Source of the DNA: an uncultured Candidatus Saccharibacteria bacterium
GTDB taxonomy: Bacteria > Patescibacteriota > Minisyncoccia > Phycocordibacterales > UBA9973
DNA length: 64,000 nucleotides
Assembly (NCBI GenBank): GCA_964496425.1
Contig: CAZBZO010000005.1
Span: 10,015-74,014, forward strand
Reading direction: 5' to 3'
Shown: piece after piece, positions 1 to 9,105 of the stretch
How positions within the stretch are numbered: the stretch's first letter is position 1
How the letters are laid out: each line of letters starts with the position of its first letter
The notes under the pieces: model-generated
The model's database searches: none
The model's input: only the letters and a program-made list of their open reading frames with translations
What the model was told of the DNA's origin: nothing
Translations under genes and position numbers: made by a program

Positions 1-294
1 CCAGACGACAATATAGATAAGCGCTAAAATGCCGAAGATAATGAGAGTGGAGAGGGCAAAGGTCGAATGTATTTCCACAATATCTCGTAGGGTCCCAGGA
101 GGAATTCCTTCTTCAGCAATGTTTCCCGTAATAAGAGCAAGAATACTACTTGCTGATCCAACAATAACTAACGTGGCTTTGATATAAAACCAGTACGAGA
201 GCGCTATAAGTTTTTTGAAGCGCAAAAGCTCGAGGATGGCGTATATCGTAAGGAGCGCGATCGGAAAATGAACAAAAATTGGGTGAAGATTCAT
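1..294 (-). CDS. Partial membrane protein (DUF2231-like N-terminus MNLHPIFVHFPIALL); the rest lies outside the window
   Basis: Manual reverse-strand translation gives M-N-L-H-P-I-F-V-H-F-P-I-A-L-L followed by hydrophobic helices. The ATG (reverse complement) is at 292-294 and the ORF runs off the window edge. Confidence 0.45.
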   Translation of the reverse strand, partial: MNLHPIFVHFPIALLTIYAILELLRFKKLIALSYWFYIKATLVIVGSASSILALITGNIAEEGIPPGTLRDIVEIHSTFALSTLIIFGILALIYIVVW

Positions 295-444
295 GTAAAA
301 AGTATAACACATTTGTCACGAGAGGTTGGGATGTCCGTCATACTAATCAAAGGTCGTTTAGCAGAGCTATCTTTTATATATTATATGTGCGAAAAATAAA
401 AAATCTTCCTGCCTATCGGAGGATTTTTTATTTTTCGCCTTGCC

Positions 445-473
445 TTGATCACCTTTATCGAATCATGTATAAT
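445..473 (+). promoter_or_regulatory. Sigma70-type promoter: -35 TTGATC (445-450), 17-nt spacer, extended -10 TGtTATAAT (468-473), immediately upstream of the guaB ATG
   Basis: Near-consensus hexamers with ideal 17-bp spacing. The -10 ends 5 nt before the ATG at 479, which implies a leaderless or near-leaderless transcript. Confidence 0.55.
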
Positions 474-478
474 AGTGT

Positions 479-1942
479 ATGGCAAAAGTAGTCACTACTC
501 TCGAAGAAGCATTGACGTTTGACGACGTCCTCCTCGTGCCGGCGGCAAGCGATGTATTGCCTCGTGAAGTTTCTATTAAAACCCGTCTTTCAAGGCGGAT
601 TTCTTTAAATGTACCTCTTGTATCTGCTGCTATGGATACAGTTACCGATGCTCGCATGGCCATAGAGATGGCACGTTTGGGTGGCATTGGATTTCTCCAC
701 AAAAATATGTCGATTGCTGACCAAGCGCGTGAAGTACGTAAGGTCAAGCGAAGTGAAAATGGTCTCATTACTGATCCGATCACACTTTCCGACACTGCGA
801 TCGTTGGTGATGCAGTGATCATCATGCGGGAATTTCAGATCAAGGGTATCCCGATTGTCGATGACAACAAAAAACTTGTTGGTATTGTGACTCATCGCGA
901 TCTTCGCGAAAAACAACCGCTCGACAAACCAATCCGCGATATCATGACGACCCAGCTCGTTACTGCGCCCGAAGGTACTTCGCTCTCCGCTGCTCAAGAT
1001 ATTCTCCAAAAACATAAAATCGAAAAACTTCCTATCGTCAATAAAAAGAATGAACTTGTTGGCCTCATTACCTATCGTGATATTTTGAAAGTCCAAACAT
1101 ATCCACATGCAGCAAAAGATACAAAAGGAAGACTCTTGTGTGCAGCCGCAGTGGGTGTGACGTCCGACATGATTGACCGCATAGGTGCACTTGTAAAAGA
1201 AGGTGTCGATGTGGTGTGTATCGACACAGCCCACGGACACTCGAAAGGTGTCCTCAATGCTGTTCGCCAGGCTAAAAAAGCATTTAAAACTATTGATATT
1301 ATCGGCGGGAACGTGGCGACCGAAGAAGGCGCGAAAGCTCTTATCGACGCAGGCGTTGATGCCGTCAAAGTTGGCGTGGGTCCGGGCTCGATCTGTACGA
1401 CGCGGGTGGTGGCGGGTATTGGCGTGCCGCAGCTCTCGGCTATTATGGGTGCGGCACGTGCCTGTAAAAAAGCTGGTGTACCGCTCATCGGCGACGGCGG
1501 TATTCGTTATTCGGGAGATATTGTCAAAGCGCTGGCATCTGGAGCTGATACGGTGATGGCAGGAAGCATATTTGCTGGAGTTGAAGAATCTCCGGGTGAG
1601 ACAATTATTTTTGAAGGACGAAAATTTAAAACTTATCGTGGCATGGGATCCGTAGAAGCTATGAAACAAGGATCAAAAGATCGCTACTTCCAAGACGCTG
1701 AAGATGATTTGAAAAAACTCGTGCCGGAAGGTATTGTTGGTCGCGTCCCGTACAAAGGTACTCTTGCTGAAGAAATGACTCAAATGGTAGGAGGTTTGCG
1801 TGCCGGTATGGGCTACTGCGGAGCAAAGGATATCATGACACTTAAAAAAGCTAAATTTGTAAAAATCACTCAAGCCGGCAAAGCTGAAAGTCACCCCCAT
1901 GATGTGACTATCACGAAAGAAGCGCCAAACTATAGTAGCTAA
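479..1942 (+). CDS. guaB: Inosine-5'-monophosphate dehydrogenase
   Basis: 487 aa. N-terminus [10 protein letters not shown], two CBS domains, catalytic loop [11 protein letters not shown], and [14 protein letters not shown]. Confidence 0.95.
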   Translation: MAKVVTTLEEALTFDDVLLVPAASDVLPREVSIKTRLSRRISLNVPLVSAAMDTVTDARMAIEMARLGGIGFLHKNMSIADQAREVRKVKRSENGLITDPITLSDTAIVGDAVIIMREFQIKGIPIVDDNKKLVGIVTHRDLREKQPLDKPIRDIMTTQLVTAPEGTSLSAAQDILQKHKIEKLPIVNKKNELVGLITYRDILKVQTYPHAAKDTKGRLLCAAAVGVTSDMIDRIGALVKEGVDVVCIDTAHGHSKGVLNAVRQAKKAFKTIDIIGGNVATEEGAKALIDAGVDAVKVGVGPGSICTTRVVAGIGVPQLSAIMGAARACKKAGVPLIGDGGIRYSGDIVKALASGADTVMAGSIFAGVEESPGETIIFEGRKFKTYRGMGSVEAMKQGSKDRYFQDAEDDLKKLVPEGIVGRVPYKGTLAEEMTQMVGGLRAGMGYCGAKDIMTLKKAKFVKITQAGKAESHPHDVTITKEAPNYSS

Positions 1943-2207
1943 AGGCTCGCTTGGCTCTGCTTTTTGGAAAACACATAAATTTCTGCAGAAATTTCGTTCC
2001 CTGCCTACCGGCAGGCAGGCTGCTCAGCTCGCCAGCTTCCGCAAGTTTCCAAAAAGCAGGCCTGCGTTCGCTATTTATTTCGAGCGCGCTATACTAGGAG
2101 TATCTCTTCCTGGGCGTCACGGATGTCTCTATCCGCTCGTCTATATGAGATGTAAGACGCAATGTCTTACCTTATAAATAATGAGGAATAAATAGGAAAG
2201 AAAAAAT

Positions 2208-2633
2208 ATGAAAAACAAGATTATTGTTGGACTTCTCGCTCTCGCATTTTTGGTTGGTGGTTCTCAGGCTCATGCTCAGACTCCAGCGGCTACACGAACT
2301 CCAGGAGAAATTATTAGTCGCATGGATGATATCTACGCACGGGTAGGTGATTTTCTAAATAGATTGAGTGCTATTTCGGACAAACTCGAAGCAAATGGCC
2401 GTGATGTTTCAGAAATCGATACTGCAATAAGTGTTGCTGGAAATCTCCGAAGTAAAGCTCAAACAGAAATTAATGAATTTAAAGCTGCGCGTACTGCTGC
2501 AGGTGACGTAATGAATGCTTCTGTCATGAAAGAAGGCCGTGAAGCAAAACAAGCTATTATTGACTTTCTTCAAGCAGTAAAGGCGATCCACACTAAAGCG
2601 CTCGCGACTTTTGGTGATCGCGCTCAGAACTAA
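2208..2633 (+). CDS. Secreted hypothetical protein (signal peptide)
   Basis: N-terminal MKNKIIVGLLALAFLVGGSQAHA signal-peptide-like segment. The remainder is alpha-helical and charged. No family recognised. Confidence 0.5.
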   Translation: MKNKIIVGLLALAFLVGGSQAHAQTPAATRTPGEIISRMDDIYARVGDFLNRLSAISDKLEANGRDVSEIDTAISVAGNLRSKAQTEINEFKAARTAAGDVMNASVMKEGREAKQAIIDFLQAVKAIHTKALATFGDRAQN

Positions 2634-2684
2634 ATTTATTAGTAATATACGTGCTCATCCGAGTACGTATCCTAAATAATTTCT

Positions 2685-2936
2685 ATGGATAATACACAAA
2701 AAAGTAATAATGGTCTCATTTGGGCAGTTGTTATTATCGTCTTGGTGATTGTTGTTGGGGTTTTCGCTATGAAAGGTAAAAACTCTACAATGAATTATGG
2801 TAACAACACAGGTACAGATCAAGTAGGGGGATCGGCTTCGACCGATGCTGAAGTACAAGCTGAGCTCAATTCAATTGGGTCAGGTCTCGGCCAAACAGAG
2901 AGTGAAGCGAACACAGTTGATGGTGGGACTCTCTAA
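2685..2936 (+). CDS. Small membrane-anchored hypothetical protein
   Basis: Single TM helix LIWAVVIIVLVIVVGVFAM, then a Gly/Thr/Ser-rich tail. Confidence 0.4.
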   Translation: MDNTQKSNNGLIWAVVIIVLVIVVGVFAMKGKNSTMNYGNNTGTDQVGGSASTDAEVQAELNSIGSGLGQTESEANTVDGGTL

Positions 2937-3080
2937 ATAACCTACTCTTAAACTGAAATTTGATGCAAAAACCACCATTCTATGGTGGTTTTTGCTTGTG
3001 TGAGTATGAAGAGTTGGGTCGCTTGTGGCTTTCCTTTAAATTTTGGAACAAAATCTACTAGCATGTATACTGTACGTGTT

Positions 3081-4385
3081 ATGAAAAATACTCACACTGT
3101 TGATGTTGTGCTCGGACTCCAATGGGGCGATGAAGGTAAGGGGAAAATCGTCGATGCGCTTGCTCGTGACTACGATCTCGTGGCGCGCTTTCAAGGTGGG
3201 CCGAACGCTGGGCATACGCTCGAATTTGATGGCAAACACATCGTCCTCCACACTATTCCGTCTGGAGTATTTGTTGGTGCGACCAACTTGATTGGTGCCA
3301 ATGTCGTGCTTGATCCAATAAGTTTTGTAGAGGAGCTTGCCCAGGTGGAGCCGCTCGTCAAAAATATTCGCGAGGTTCTCCTCATTGCCCGTGAAGTCAA
3401 CATTATTATTCCGACCCATAAAATTCTCGACAAGGCTGCAGAAGTGGCTAAAGGTGAAGCTAAAATCGGCACAACTTTGCGAGGAATCGGGCCGGCATAT
3501 ATGGATAAAACCGGCCGCAATGGACTTCGCATTGGATACATCAGCGCGCCTGACTTTGCTACTCGATACGAAATGCTTAAAACCAAACACTTGAAACTAC
3601 TCGAAGCTCAAGGGTTTCTTGTGGATGCGGAGCTACTTTCAAAAAACGAAAAGGAATTTTTTGAAGCTATTGAAGTCATTAAAACATTTACACTTGCTAA
3701 CTGCTCCACGTATATGAATACTGCAATTGATGCTGGTAAGAAAATTTTAGGTGAAGGAGCACAGGGAAGCATGCTTGATATCGATCATGGATTTGTCTAT
3801 CCATTTGTGACCTCGTCGAGCACGACGTCGGCTGGCATGTGTACTGGGCTTGGTATTGCACCGCAGAAAATCGGTCGTGTGATCGGCATTACCAAAGCCT
3901 ACTGCACTCGCGTGGGTTCTGGTCCGTTTCCAACAAAGCTCACTGATGAATGGGGAGAAAAATTAAGACAGATTGGCCATGAATTTGGTGCGACGACCGG
4001 CCGACCGCGCGACTGCGGCTGGATCGATCTGCCTGTCCTCAAAAAAGCAATTTTACTCTCTGGTGTGACCGAAATCGCTATTACCAAGCTCGACATTTTA
4101 GATACTTTTGAAGAGATCAAGGTTTGCACGGCCTACTCTATAGATGGAGTGGAAACGACCGAGCTGCCGTTTGACCCAAATCTTTCTGTTATGACGCCAG
4201 TTTATAAAACCTTCCCTGGTTGGCAGACGTCGATTAAAGCGGCGACATCGTATGAGGCATTGCCAGAGAATTTAAAAACATTTGTTTCGTATCTTGAAAC
4301 CGAGCTTGGTGTACGGGCGACGTATCTTTCTACGGGCCCTGAGCGGGAAGCGACCATTATTCGCAATCGTACTGAAGTGGCATGA
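3081..4385 (+). CDS. purA: Adenylosuccinate synthetase
   Basis: GDEGKGK P-loop, GPNAGHT, and the TTGRPR..GW motif. Start chosen at MKNTHTV (3081) for a 434-aa protein; the track ORF starts at 2982. Confidence 0.92.
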   Translation: MKNTHTVDVVLGLQWGDEGKGKIVDALARDYDLVARFQGGPNAGHTLEFDGKHIVLHTIPSGVFVGATNLIGANVVLDPISFVEELAQVEPLVKNIREVLLIAREVNIIIPTHKILDKAAEVAKGEAKIGTTLRGIGPAYMDKTGRNGLRIGYISAPDFATRYEMLKTKHLKLLEAQGFLVDAELLSKNEKEFFEAIEVIKTFTLANCSTYMNTAIDAGKKILGEGAQGSMLDIDHGFVYPFVTSSSTTSAGMCTGLGIAPQKIGRVIGITKAYCTRVGSGPFPTKLTDEWGEKLRQIGHEFGATTGRPRDCGWIDLPVLKKAILLSGVTEIAITKLDILDTFEEIKVCTAYSIDGVETTELPFDPNLSVMTPVYKTFPGWQTSIKAATSYEALPENLKTFVSYLETELGVRATYLSTGPEREATIIRNRTEVA

Positions 4386-7351
4386 TTTCGAGAATTGATA
4401 TTCTAACCATCGGTTCCGACGGACGAGCGCTCGTCAAAGAGAAATTATTTTCCAATGTTGTAGGGCGACCCTTAGCTGTCACTATACTCAACTCATATCT
4501 TATCGAAGCTTCACTTTCTGATTCAGCCCTTTCAAAAGTAGCCATACTACTCACCAACCCAGTCCTTGAAGAGGCATACGTAAATAAAAATCCGCTTAAA
4601 AATAAATTTTCATATGCGATTGAAATCGGATTTTTGCCAGGCGTAACAGATAATGTCGCAGCGACAGTCCGCGAGACGATCGAGGACGCTTTGAAGAGAA
4701 AATTTAAACCAAGTGAAGGAGTGTATACAAGCACAGTTTTTATTATTTCAGGTGTATTTTCGCAAGAGGATGTAGAAAAAATCGCTAGTGCACTCTACAA
4801 TCCACTGATTGAGCGTGCCAGTATTATTCCATATCAAGAATTTTCCAAAACAAAAAAGTTTCCTACTCGCGTGGCAAAAGTGAAGCTTCATGATACTGCG
4901 AGTGCTGACCGTGTCGATCTTGACGTGTCTGATGCTGAGCTTGCTCGTATCGGCAAAGAAGGCGTCGCCAACGCCGACGGGACGCGCCGCGGACCATTGG
5001 CGCTCGGACTTTCTGAAATGAAAGTAATCCAAGAATATTTTCGTGCCGCAAAACGTAAACCGACTGATATCGAACTTGAATCTTTAGCACAGACGTGGAG
5101 CGAGCACTGCAAGCATACGATTTTCGCTTCACCACTGGATGAAATAAAAGACGGACTGTATAAAACATATATCAAAGGTGCGACCAATCAAATCCGAAAG
5201 AAAAAAGGGAAGAGTGATTTCTGTGTCTCAGTATTTTCTGACAATTCAGGCGCCATAGTTTTCGATGAAAAATATTTGATCACGCACAAAGTCGAAACTC
5301 ACAATTCGCCATCAGCGCTCGATCCCTTTGGTGGAGCGATCACGGGTATTGTTGGGGTCAATCGCGATGCTATGGGATTTGGTCTGGGTGCTAAGCCGAT
5401 CGCTAACACGTATGGATTTTGTTTAGCTCTGCCTGCCGATACTCGGCCACTGTATCGCGATAGTGCTCTCACGCAAAAAATGTTGCCACCCGCGCGGATC
5501 ATGGAAGGTGTGATCAAAGGCATCAATGCTGGTGGCAATTGCTCCGGGATTCCGACACCTGACGGATTTGTATTTTTCGATGAACGTTATCGCGGCAAAC
5601 CCCTTGTATTTGCCGGTACCGTCGGACTGATTCCCCGAAAAATTCATGGTAAACGCTCAGATATCAAAAAAGCTAAAGCAGGAGACTTGATTGTAATGGT
5701 CGGGGGACGAGTCGGTGCCGATGGTATTCACGGCGCTACATTTTCTTCGGTGGAAATGGACTCTGGTTCTCCCGCTACCGCAGTCCAGATCGGAGACCCG
5801 ATCACTGAGAAAAAATTCTCCGATGCCTTAGTCAAAGAAGCTCGCGATCAAGAGCTCTACCATAGTATTACCGACAACGGTGCTGGCGGACTTTCTTGTT
5901 CGGTTGCGGAAATGGCAAAAGAATGTGGGGGAGCGATTGTTGATCTTGAAAAAGTACCACTGAAATATCCAGGGCTTGCGCCATGGGAGATTTGGATCTC
6001 CGAATCCCAAGAGCGCATGACGCTTGCGGTGCCGAAAAGTAAATGGAAAGCATTTAAGGCTCTCATGGATCGCCGTGGCGTGGAAGCAACAGCGATTGGC
6101 ACGTTTACTGCTTCCGGTTGTTGTGTTGTTAGCTATCAAAAAAAGAAAATCATGGATATTCCGCTCTCATTTCTGCATGACGGATTGCCTTTAAGGCATC
6201 TCGTGAGTAAAGAAGAGAAGAAGATACACCCTGAGCCGCCAAAGCAAAACAATTCATCACTTACTACTGTGCTTACTCATATGTTGGCGCGACCAAATAT
6301 TGCGAGTCGGGCATTTATAACCACGCAATACGATCATGAAGTTCAATCAGGATCGGTTGTGAAGCCATTGGTCGGAGCTGGTAGCGTCGATAACGACGGA
6401 GCAGTGATAAAGCCAGTACTTTCTTCTCGTCGTGGCGCCGTGCTTTCTCATGGCATAGTGCCGGTGTATTCGGACATCGATACCTATCATATGGGAGCAG
6501 CTGCTATTGATACAGCAGTGCGTAATGCCATCGCTCTTGGTGCGTCACTCGACTACCTCGCCATCCTCGACAATACTTGCTGGTGCAGTTCGGATGACCC
6601 TGTGCGGCTCTACGAGCTTAAACAGGCTATCAAAGCGTGCTATGACTATGCACTCATCTACGGCACGCCATATATCTCCGGCAAAGACAGTATGTTCAAC
6701 GATTTTAAAGGTTACGACGAAAAAGGTAGCCCGATAAAAATTTCTATTCCGCCAACACTTTTGATTTCATCTATCGGCGTGATAAAAGATATTCGAAAAG
6801 CTATTACCCTTGATCCAAAAATGCCGGGTGACTTAGTGTATCTCCTTGGCGAAACACATGACGAACTTGGCGCCTCGGAATACTTTGCGTTTATTTCAGA
6901 TATGGCTAAGAAAAAATATGTTGGCAACAATATTCCGGAAGTTGATGGTGTACGAAACAAAAAACTCTATCAATCATTTGAAAAAGCTGGAGCAAGTGGG
7001 CTAATTGCTTCAGCCATATCCGTCGGTCGGGGAGGGCTCGGTGTAGTGCTTTCAAAAATGGCGATTGCAAGTGGGCTAGGACTTGAAATTAGCCTGAAAG
7101 GTATCCCAGGCAAAGTATCGCAGAACGATTTTGCACTTTTCTCCGAATCCCAAGGTCGCATCGTGGTGACGATTGATCCGAAAAATAAGAAGAAATTTGA
7201 AGCACATTTCAAAGGCCAAGCGATTAAACTCATTGGGAAAGTACGAGCGGATAAAAAAGTGACGATAGCAGGCCTCTCAGGACGAAATACGGTTGATACT
7301 ACGGTTTCCGCACTCGATCAGGCATACAAAAAAACTTTCAAGAATTACTAA
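4382..7351 (+). CDS. purL: Phosphoribosylformylglycinamidine synthase subunit PurL with a ~190-aa N-terminal extension (possibly a fused PurS-like domain)
   Basis: 989 aa. The SEHCKH motif and AIR-synthase-related domains are present. ATGA overlap with the purA stop. No separate purS ORF in the cluster. Confidence 0.9.
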   Translation: MISRIDILTIGSDGRALVKEKLFSNVVGRPLAVTILNSYLIEASLSDSALSKVAILLTNPVLEEAYVNKNPLKNKFSYAIEIGFLPGVTDNVAATVRETIEDALKRKFKPSEGVYTSTVFIISGVFSQEDVEKIASALYNPLIERASIIPYQEFSKTKKFPTRVAKVKLHDTASADRVDLDVSDAELARIGKEGVANADGTRRGPLALGLSEMKVIQEYFRAAKRKPTDIELESLAQTWSEHCKHTIFASPLDEIKDGLYKTYIKGATNQIRKKKGKSDFCVSVFSDNSGAIVFDEKYLITHKVETHNSPSALDPFGGAITGIVGVNRDAMGFGLGAKPIANTYGFCLALPADTRPLYRDSALTQKMLPPARIMEGVIKGINAGGNCSGIPTPDGFVFFDERYRGKPLVFAGTVGLIPRKIHGKRSDIKKAKAGDLIVMVGGRVGADGIHGATFSSVEMDSGSPATAVQIGDPITEKKFSDALVKEARDQELYHSITDNGAGGLSCSVAEMAKECGGAIVDLEKVPLKYPGLAPWEIWISESQERMTLAVPKSKWKAFKALMDRRGVEATAIGTFTASGCCVVSYQKKKIMDIPLSFLHDGLPLRHLVSKEEKKIHPEPPKQNNSSLTTVLTHMLARPNIASRAFITTQYDHEVQSGSVVKPLVGAGSVDNDGAVIKPVLSSRRGAVLSHGIVPVYSDIDTYHMGAAAIDTAVRNAIALGASLDYLAILDNTCWCSSDDPVRLYELKQAIKACYDYALIYGTPYISGKDSMFNDFKGYDEKGSPIKISIPPTLLISSIGVIKDIRKAITLDPKMPGDLVYLLGETHDELGASEYFAFISDMAKKKYVGNNIPEVDGVRNKKLYQSFEKAGASGLIASAISVGRGGLGVVLSKMAIASGLGLEISLKGIPGKVSQNDFALFSESQGRIVVTIDPKNKKKFEAHFKGQAIKLIGKVRADKKVTIAGLSGRNTVDTTVSALDQAYKKTFKNY

Positions 7352-7352
7352 T

Positions 7353-9104
7353 ATGGAAACTCGTACCTGTCAAAACTGCAAATCTGATTTTTCAGTTGAA
7401 TCAGATGATTTTGCATTTTATGAAAAAATCAAAGTTCCTCCGCCGACGTTTTGTCTGCTGTGTAGATATAAGCGACGTATTATTTGGCGCAATGTCCGAC
7501 ATTTATTTCGAGGTATAGATGCAATAACAAAAAAAGAGATATTTACGGGGATTCCTCCCGAAGCCAATCATACTTTATACGAGCAGTCATATTGGAATAG
7601 TGATAATTGGGATCCTTTGGATTATGGAAAGGAATATGATTTTTCTACTCCTTTTTTCCAACAATTGCACGATCTGTATTATTCGGTTCCGTGTCCAGCA
7701 AAATCTATGCAGCGATGTATCAATTCGGATTATTCGAATCAATGCGACGATATGAAGAACACGTATCTTTGTTTTAACGCTACTTTTATGGAAGATAGCG
7801 CATATTGTTGCAATGGAAGTGTTTTGAAAAACTGTTTTGATCTCACAAGTTGTTATAACAGTGAATTTTGTTACGACAATGTCCGGGTGGACAAAAGTTA
7901 CCACACAATAGGATCTATTACGTGCGAGAGTTGTGTTGATGTATGGTTCTCAAAAAATTGCATAGGATGTACTGATTGTTTTGGGTGTGTAAATCAACGA
8001 AATGCGACATATCGAATTTACAACAAACAATATTCCAAAGAAGATTATTTCGAAAAAATTAAATCTTTGAATCTTAATACGTGGTTAGGTTTTTCTGCTG
8101 CGCAAAAACAAGCTGAAGATTTTTGGAATACATTTCCCCTTAAATACATGCTAGGATTTCGGAACCAGGATGTATTAGGTGAAGATATTAAAGATAGTAA
8201 GAATGTAAAATACTCTTATATTGTCCAACGGGGCGAGAATTTAAAATACGTTCAAGATGTCCCATTTGGTGGTGCCAGCAATTCATATGATTATACATCG
8301 TGGGGAGTGAGCGCATCTCAACTCTATGAATGTATGGTTTGTGGTGAACAAGTGGATAAGCTGAAATTTTGTTTTGAATGTTGGCCAGGTTGTCAAGAAC
8401 TTGAATACTGTATCCATGTACGTCGTTCAAAAAATTGTTTTGGCTGCGTCGGGGTGAAAGATAAACAATATTGCATTTTCAATGTTCAGTATTCTAAAGA
8501 AGAATATGAAAAGCTCGTTCTAAAAATAAAAGAGCATATGGATCAAATGCCATATAAAGATAAAAGAGGTAACACATATACATATGGTGAATTTTTCCCG
8601 AGTGAATTTTCTCCTTTTTCCTACAATCAAACACTTCTCAATGATCAATTTCCATCTACTAAGAAGGGTACTGAAGAAGAAGGATTTCTCTGGCGCGATA
8701 CTCTCGGTCGGGAGTATGAAACCACAATGAAAGCAGGAGATCTTCCAGAGAGAATTTTAGACGTAGGAGAGGATATCACCAAAGAACTTATTGCTTGTGT
8801 TTCTTGTAGTAAGGCGTATCGGATTATTGCAAATGAATTTCAATTTCTTAAAAATCTTTCCTTGCCACTTCCACGAATGTGTGTAGACTGTAGGTTCGCA
8901 CGGCGTCAAACGTTTATGGTGCCGCCGGTTTTGCATGAAGAAACATGTCACTGCGGCGGGTCTCGCTCGATAAATCAAGAATACCAAAATACCGAAATAC
9001 ATTTTCATGGCGCCGGCAAATGTCCCAATACTTTCCAAACAGCGTATGATCCAGAGAAAGAGATAATTTATTGCGAAGATTGTTATAAGAAAGAAGTATT
9101 TTAA
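7353..9104 (+). CDS. Cysteine-rich protein, paralogue A (N- and C-terminal CxxC zinc-ribbon-like motifs; internal duplicated CFGCVG..KQYCIFN.QYSKEEYE repeat); function unknown
   Basis: 583 aa from METRTCQNCK, more than 40 Cys in CxxC knuckles. Start 1 nt after the purL stop. Homologous along its length to the 10878-12590 ORF. Confidence 0.8.
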   Translation: METRTCQNCKSDFSVESDDFAFYEKIKVPPPTFCLLCRYKRRIIWRNVRHLFRGIDAITKKEIFTGIPPEANHTLYEQSYWNSDNWDPLDYGKEYDFSTPFFQQLHDLYYSVPCPAKSMQRCINSDYSNQCDDMKNTYLCFNATFMEDSAYCCNGSVLKNCFDLTSCYNSEFCYDNVRVDKSYHTIGSITCESCVDVWFSKNCIGCTDCFGCVNQRNATYRIYNKQYSKEDYFEKIKSLNLNTWLGFSAAQKQAEDFWNTFPLKYMLGFRNQDVLGEDIKDSKNVKYSYIVQRGENLKYVQDVPFGGASNSYDYTSWGVSASQLYECMVCGEQVDKLKFCFECWPGCQELEYCIHVRRSKNCFGCVGVKDKQYCIFNVQYSKEEYEKLVLKIKEHMDQMPYKDKRGNTYTYGEFFPSEFSPFSYNQTLLNDQFPSTKKGTEEEGFLWRDTLGREYETTMKAGDLPERILDVGEDITKELIACVSCSKAYRIIANEFQFLKNLSLPLPRMCVDCRFARRQTFMVPPVLHEETCHCGGSRSINQEYQNTEIHFHGAGKCPNTFQTAYDPEKEIIYCEDCYKKEVF

Positions 9105-9105
9105 T

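Noticed and set aside
279-491. 70-aa plus-strand ORF upstream of guaB
   Set aside because: Overlaps the guaB promoter and the minus-strand DUF2231-like gene start. Protein is low-complexity with no support.
605-1669. 354-aa antisense ORF (and 463-825, 1072-1488, 1203-1556) inside guaB
   Set aside because: Lies entirely within the strongly supported IMPDH gene on the opposite strand or in another frame. Composition is typical of shadow ORFs.
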